Source of the DNA: Thermoproteota archaeon
GTDB lineage: Archaea > Korarchaeota > Korarchaeia > B14-G2
Reading direction: 5' to 3'
Assembly (NCBI GenBank): GCA_037917675.1
Contig: JAVCBW010000007.1
Span: 1 to 20,137 of the forward strand
Length of the DNA: 20,137 nucleotides
The notes beneath the pieces are model-generated. The model made no database searches. It was given only the letters and a program-made list of their open reading frames with translations, and was not told the origin of the DNA. The translations under genes and the position numbers were made by a program. Of the stretch, positions 15,542 to 20,137 are shown piece after piece. Positions within the stretch are counted from its first letter, which is position 1. Each line of letters opens with the position of its first letter.

Positions 15542-16555
15542 GTGAGGGTTCTGGTCGTCGGAGACAGCTCATCTCCGTTTGTTAGGCAGGATTATAGGCT
15601 GCTGTCTGAGCTGGCCAGCGTGAGCTTGCTGTCAGCTAGAGGGTACCTAGGGTATCTTGCTAAGCTCCCTGAGGCTAGAGGCTATGACGTCTACTATGCG
15701 TGGTGGGCTAGTAGCTTACATAGCATCCTCTACTCTAAGCTGTATGGTGGAGCATCAGTTGTGGTTGCTGGAGGCTTCGACGTCGTCTCTGAGGATAGTG
15801 TGAGGTATGGGTATAGGTGGCAGCCTTGGTGGAGGAGGCAGGCTGTAAGGCAGTGCCTAAGGAGAGCTGACCTCATCTTAGCTGTCAGCAGGTTTGTTGA
15901 GGAACACGTTAAGAGGATAGATGCTAAAGCTAGGGTTGAAGTAGCTTATCTGGGAGTCGATGTGGAGAGGTTTGCTCCAGTAGGCCTCAAGCAGAGGAGG
16001 CCAGTTGTCTTAACTGTAGCTCACTTGACTCCTAGGAGCATAGTGTATAAGGGGGTTATGGACTTGCTTGAGGCATTCGCTTACGTTGCTAGGAGGAAGC
16101 CTGAAGCTAGGCTCTGCATCGCTGGAGCACACCTAGGTGGGGAGGCTGCTGTAGCTAAGAGAGCTAGAGAGCTGGGTTTAGATAGCAGAGTTAAGCTCAT
16201 AGGGGAGGTAGATCATGATAGGATCCACATGCTCTATCAGCAGGCTATGGTCTATGCTCAGCTTAGCAGAGTTGAGAGCTTTGGGCTATGTGTAGCTGAA
16301 GCTATGGCATGTGGGACTCCTGTCGTGGTATCTGGTGTAGGAGGGCTTCGTGAGGTAGCTGGGAATGTGGGAGCTACTGTCAAGGTGGAGAAGCCTAGGG
16401 AGGCTGCTGACATCATATGTAATCTACTAGAGGATAGAGAGCAGTGGCGTAAGATGAGTGAGCTGGGGAGGCTTAGAGTGCTGAGCATGTTCACGCTAGC
16501 TCATAGGAGGAAGAGGCTAGCTCAAGCTTTAAGCTGCATCACTCAGCTCAGCTAG
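15542..16555 (+). CDS. GT4-family glycosyltransferase
   Basis: 'AGGFDV', 'ILAVSRF', 'YKGV', 'ESFGLCVAEAMACGTPVVVS'. GAGGT precedes the GTG start. Confidence 0.92.
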   Translation: MRVLVVGDSSSPFVRQDYRLLSELASVSLLSARGYLGYLAKLPEARGYDVYYAWWASSLHSILYSKLYGGASVVVAGGFDVVSEDSVRYGYRWQPWWRRQAVRQCLRRADLILAVSRFVEEHVKRIDAKARVEVAYLGVDVERFAPVGLKQRRPVVLTVAHLTPRSIVYKGVMDLLEAFAYVARRKPEARLCIAGAHLGGEAAVAKRARELGLDSRVKLIGEVDHDRIHMLYQQAMVYAQLSRVESFGLCVAEAMACGTPVVVSGVGGLREVAGNVGATVKVEKPREAADIICNLLEDREQWRKMSELGRLRVLSMFTLAHRRKRLAQALSCITQLS

Positions 16556-17336
16556 GCTGCTGTGCTCTCTGCCTAGCCTTCCTATGCCAGTAGGCTGCTA
16601 GCAGAGCTCTAGCAGTAAGCATCCATGCTGGGATAGCTGTGAGTAGGGCAATGTACCTTGCTGCTAGCCCTATGGTAGAGCACTCAAGCCTACCTGCAAT
16701 GTACACTGGGTATAGGGCTATTTTAGCGAGGGCTTCAGCTAGCTTTGTGTAGCTTGCTCTCGGCACCCTCACCTCAACGCCATTCAGCTTCTTCTCAGCT
16801 AGTGGAGCAAAAGTGATCAGCGTAAGCAGCAGTAACGCCATGGATGCTAGTGGAGCTACTGTAGACCCTAGCTTACCCTCTGGCATCAGCTTATAGGCTG
16901 CAATGGAGAGTGAGATGTGAGCTAGCAGCAGAGGGAGAATCCAGGGAGAGGAGGGGAGCTGCAGAAAGATGTATGACCCAATCTCCTTTACTACTGGATT
17001 GGGTAGCTTCATTAGGTAAGCTGATGCAGCTAGCAGCATTGAGGATACGGTGATGAATGCTATGAAACTCGGCTTCAGCCTCCTGTCTGCTGGCAGGAGA
17101 GCTGCATAGGCTGTAGCTAAGGGGAGGGCGAAGGTATATACTACAGCTTGGAAGGACATCCCGAGCATGAGCCTCCCAATCTTCACATAGGATGGCATGT
17201 AGAAGACGTTTAGGCTTACTCTACCTCGAGTGAAGCCTGTCCTCCCAGCTGAGGTGTAGAGTAGCCCTACTGAGTAGAGTATGATCCCTATGAGGCTCAG
17301 GATAGCTATTGAGGTAGGTAGGTAGCTGGCTCTCAT
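16548..17336 (-). CDS. Hypothetical polytopic membrane protein (about 6 TM)
   Basis: Multiple hydrophobic segments. ATGA start/stop overlap with the upstream gene at 17336-17333. No recognisable motif. Confidence 0.65.
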   Translation of the reverse strand: MRASYLPTSIAILSLIGIILYSVGLLYTSAGRTGFTRGRVSLNVFYMPSYVKIGRLMLGMSFQAVVYTFALPLATAYAALLPADRRLKPSFIAFITVSSMLLAASAYLMKLPNPVVKEIGSYIFLQLPSSPWILPLLLAHISLSIAAYKLMPEGKLGSTVAPLASMALLLLTLITFAPLAEKKLNGVEVRVPRASYTKLAEALAKIALYPVYIAGRLECSTIGLAARYIALLTAIPAWMLTARALLAAYWHRKARQRAQQPS

Positions 17337-18892
17337 CCACCACACCTCATGTAGACTGAGGCCTCTCCGGTGTCGACGACCTTCGATAGGCCTTGAGCTA
17401 GTAGCAGGTAGTCTACTCCTCTCTCAGTGACTATAGCTGCAGCCTCCTTCCCCATGGCCTCTGGAAGCATCTTCACGTCGCTGTACTGTGAGCTAGGCTC
17501 TAGCATAGCTTCAGCTAGAGGAGCTAGCTTATCTGGATAGAGTACTGGAGCTCTTGAGAGGCTTCTAGCATAGTCTACTGCCTCAAGGAGGCTTGCTGGG
17601 TAGGCTGGCGTCACACCAGTGAGCATCAGGTAGAATCCAAGAGCCATTGAAGCTGAGACAGCTAAAGCTGAGGCCATGGCTGCAGCAGTACTCTTCTTCG
17701 AGAGGTCTCCTAGGAGGCATCCTATAGCTATGCTCAGCAGTACTCCGAGTGTTATCGTGAACCTTGGAGCTGTGATAGCTGTGTCTATGCCTGATAGAGC
17801 TAGCAGTAAGCTTGCTAGAGAGAGCATTAGGAGGTGGCGTGATGCAGTAGACTTCTTCCTTACAAGGCTTAAGAGAGCTACAGCTCCTAGGGACCACTGG
17901 ATTATCCCCCAGCATACTGCTGAACCCATTGTAGCTGAGAGCTCATATATGCTGCCAGCTCCACGAGCATACTGCACCACATAGCTGAGGACAGCAGAGC
18001 GTAGGGTGCTGTCTATAGCTAGGGCAGCTGCAGGCAGCATGGAGGCAGCTAGCATCATCAGGTTATGCTTTGCCTCACCTCGCTTTCCTGAGGTAAGCAT
18101 GTATGCTGCCATACCAGCTAGGTAGACCTGTGTTATAGCTAGGGTCATCTCATGAGAGGAGAGGAGAGCTAGCCCTGCTACTACATAGAGGAGAGGCCTT
18201 GCATGAGGCTTAGCTCTGCTAGCTAGCTTGAGCAATGTCGGTGTTGAGAGCAGTAGAGGGAGGCTGAGAAGCTGCCTCAGGTAGCCCCAGCTTAGAAATA
18301 TCCATGTGCTAGATGAGACTATGAGAGCTGCAGCTATTGGAGCTGCCTCTACGCCTGAGGCCTCTCTAGTGAGGTCGTATACTATGGGGATTACTAGAGC
18401 ACATGCTAGCGTAGGGAGTAGGATGTAGAAGCTATGTGGGCTGACACCTAGGATGGAGAAAAGCCTGCTTACAGATGTTATGGCTATCAGCGTCGGGAAG
18501 ACTCCTTTGCTCCAGTGTGAAAGCTCAGCCATGTATATGTATGGGTCTAAGCCCAAGATGACTCCATATCGCCTGAAAGGTATCAGGCAGTATGCTATGC
18601 CAGCTATGCATGTAGCTGAGAGGAGGAGCAGATCTCTTGTGTGAGCCTCGATTTCCATGCGGCTAGCGAGAAGCAAGGCTAGAGCAGACTCGATCAGGCA
18701 AGCTGCGAGCACGAGCTCTGCGCTCCCAGCTGCGTAGGCTGCCAGGGCAGCTAGGTACATGTGGCATACCCCTAGAGCTATGGTTTCGCTGATGAGCTTC
18801 GGTAGGTCTGCTCTCCCTGGAGCAAGCAGCTCTCTGAGAAGCATCCCAGGCAGCACTATGGTTACAGCTACAGCTGCTATGAGCCTAGGCAT
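17333..18892 (-). CDS. GT-C/STT3-like polytopic membrane protein lacking WWDxG
   Basis: Many TM segments (about 13-15 by eye), 'GLDPYIY' acidic loop motif, 'WGYLRQ', 'SH', 'PRF', and a short C-terminal soluble domain starting 'SLLEAVDYAR'. ATG 18892 is preceded by AGGTG. Confidence 0.65.
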   Translation of the reverse strand: MPRLIAAVAVTIVLPGMLLRELLAPGRADLPKLISETIALGVCHMYLAALAAYAAGSAELVLAACLIESALALLLASRMEIEAHTRDLLLLSATCIAGIAYCLIPFRRYGVILGLDPYIYMAELSHWSKGVFPTLIAITSVSRLFSILGVSPHSFYILLPTLACALVIPIVYDLTREASGVEAAPIAAALIVSSSTWIFLSWGYLRQLLSLPLLLSTPTLLKLASRAKPHARPLLYVVAGLALLSSHEMTLAITQVYLAGMAAYMLTSGKRGEAKHNLMMLAASMLPAAALAIDSTLRSAVLSYVVQYARGAGSIYELSATMGSAVCWGIIQWSLGAVALLSLVRKKSTASRHLLMLSLASLLLALSGIDTAITAPRFTITLGVLLSIAIGCLLGDLSKKSTAAAMASALAVSASMALGFYLMLTGVTPAYPASLLEAVDYARSLSRAPVLYPDKLAPLAEAMLEPSSQYSDVKMLPEAMGKEAAAIVTERGVDYLLLAQGLSKVVDTGEASVYMRCGG

Positions 18893-19298
18893 CAGAGGCA
18901 CCTGCTAGGTATATCAGGCAGCTCCTGTATGGTGATGGGCTACCAGAGGTGTAGAGCGTTACAGAGATCTTAGAGGGAGCGTCCTCTGGGAGCCTGACTT
19001 CCAGCTTAGCTCTATCCCCATCTGGGATAGATAGGCTTGCCTTATAGAAGACTAGAGGCCTACCAGGAGTTAAGCCGCTCACTACTAGAGTATAGTTTAG
19101 CAGCCTCCCCTCTCTATTTGATACCTCGATGGTGAGCCTAGTAGACTTCCCTTGTGGAGTCTTAGATGTATGGATAGCTGAGACAGCTAGGGTAGTGTAT
19201 CCCTCACTTCTCCACTCTGCATTCCATAGCATAGCTATGGATAGTAGAGCTGTGTAGGCTGCTAGCAGAGCAGCTTTCCTATAGCCTACAGGTGACAT
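18885..19298 (-). CDS. DUF1616-like membrane-anchored beta-sandwich protein
   Basis: One TM, then 'YTTL', 'IEVSNREG...NYTLVV', 'KISVTLY', 'PYRS.LIYL', matching the remembered pattern of the archaeal DUF1616 C-terminal domain. Confidence 0.65.
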   Translation of the reverse strand: MSPVGYRKAALLAAYTALLSIAMLWNAEWRSEGYTTLAVSAIHTSKTPQGKSTRLTIEVSNREGRLLNYTLVVSGLTPGRPLVFYKASLSIPDGDRAKLEVRLPEDAPSKISVTLYTSGSPSPYRSCLIYLAGASDA

Positions 19299-19321
19299 GA
19301 TGTCGTTTTGCTCTTAGCTTC

Positions 19322-19327
19322 TTTAAA
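19322..19327 (-). promoter_or_regulatory. Putative TATA box for the DUF1616/GT-C/membrane-protein operon
   Basis: TTTAAA centred about 26 nt upstream of ATG 19298. Confidence 0.6.
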
Positions 19328-19364
19328 GGTTTAGATGGCTTTAGTGGATGCTTCACTGTCAGGG

Positions 19365-20137
19365 TTAGGCTTCAGCTAGCTTCAAGGCTAGCTTATGTAG
19401 GTCAGCTACGCTCTTAGGGTGGATTGGAGGCATGGTGCTCAGAGACCAGAAGGCCTCAGGGTAGTGTGCTCCCCCGCTATCCATCCCGTGGTCGCTTACG
19501 ACCATGACCACGCCACTAAACCTAGCTCTCACAATGCTAGCTAGGCTGTTGACTAGCGTATATGCCTTAAGGAGCTTGAGCTTGCTGTGAGGGTATATGT
19601 GGCCTATGTTGTCGAGCAGCCTTATGTATGCTAGTGCCAGCTTGAAGTCCTCTGAAAGCAAGGCTAGTATCCTCTTCCTCTTCTCGTAGAACTGAGTGTA
19701 TGCCTCCTTCTCGTAGGCACGTATTCCTCTCTTCATGGCTTTGGCTAGCCTCCTCATGCTTCTCCTCGTGTCGTCGTATAGTATCATCCCTATGGTTCTA
19801 CTGCTGTCAACTAGGTCTGGGAGGGCTCTTGGAGCCCTGTACTCTCTCGTTAGGATGCTGCTTAAGCCTAGGGTGAGGGCTATCCTCCTAGCTGCCTTCC
19901 TAACTCTTAGTATGCTAGCTATCTTCTTGGAGTATTCTAGGAGCCTTGTTGGGGTAACCCAGCTCAGCTTCTCTGGAGGCATCTCACCTGTGAGGAATGT
20001 GTGCCATATTTCGAGGCTGTGTACTCTGCCATATCTCTGCTGGAACTCGGTTAGGTCTATTATACCGCTGTACTCCTGTAGGAGGCTACGCAGCCTGAGC
20101 TTCCTTACGAGCCTGTGGTCTAGTCCATCTATGCATA
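19365..20137 (-). CDS. Alkaline phosphatase superfamily protein (nucleotide pyrophosphatase/phosphodiesterase-like), 5'-truncated by the window
   Basis: The frame stays open past the ORF-track start (19982) to the window end and reads CIDGLD...HSLEIWHTFLTGEMP. Downstream are LDNIGH, VSDHG and GAH metal-ligand motifs. Confidence 0.88.
   Translation of the reverse strand, partial: CIDGLDHRLVRKLRLRSLLQEYSGIIDLTEFQQRYGRVHSLEIWHTFLTGEMPPEKLSWVTPTRLLEYSKKIASILRVRKAARRIALTLGLSSILTREYRAPRALPDLVDSSRTIGMILYDDTRRSMRRLAKAMKRGIRAYEKEAYTQFYEKRKRILALLSEDFKLALAYIRLLDNIGHIYPHSKLKLLKAYTLVNSLASIVRARFSGVVMVVSDHGMDSGGAHYPEAFWSLSTMPPIHPKSVADLHKLALKLAEA

Noticed and set aside
43-18644. About 30 additional short or antisense ORFs in the track (e.g. 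1222..1692, 4128..4547, 12467..13006, 11729..12172)
   Set aside because: They lie within or opposite motif-bearing genes, are mostly Ser/Leu-rich shadow translations and have no motifs.
17333-18892. Calling this gene aglB
   Set aside because: It has no WWDxG or DK motif and the soluble domain is too short.

Overview
Gene-dense, probably thermophilic archaeal (Thermoproteota-like) cell-surface glycan locus with 19 supported CDSs, the first and last cut by the window edges. The taxonomy is inferred from AGG/AGA Arg and ATA Ile codons, frequent TTG/GTG starts, TATA-like boxes about 25 nt before starts, and a DUF1616-like gene. The core (5923-13395) encodes a coiled-coil SAM methyltransferase, a two-domain GT4, two single GT4s, and a Wzm/Wzt ABC exporter whose ATPase carries a C-terminal carbohydrate-binding module. 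This matches the architecture of bacterial methyl-capped, ruler-measured, ABC-exported glycan systems (E. coli O8/O9a wbdDAB-wzm-wzt; Geobacillus WsaE). Flanking genes encode one GT2 and two more GT4s, two GT-C-like membrane proteins (one STT3-like but lacking WWDxG), a radical SAM/twitch enzyme, a GNAT-like protein, a second methyltransferase, an alkaline-phosphatase-superfamily enzyme, and a CcdA/DsbD-type protein with a CxC thioredoxin-like domain next to a paralogue lacking that motif. No RNA genes, mobile elements or CRISPR arrays were seen. All family calls come from motifs read by eye; no database searches were run.
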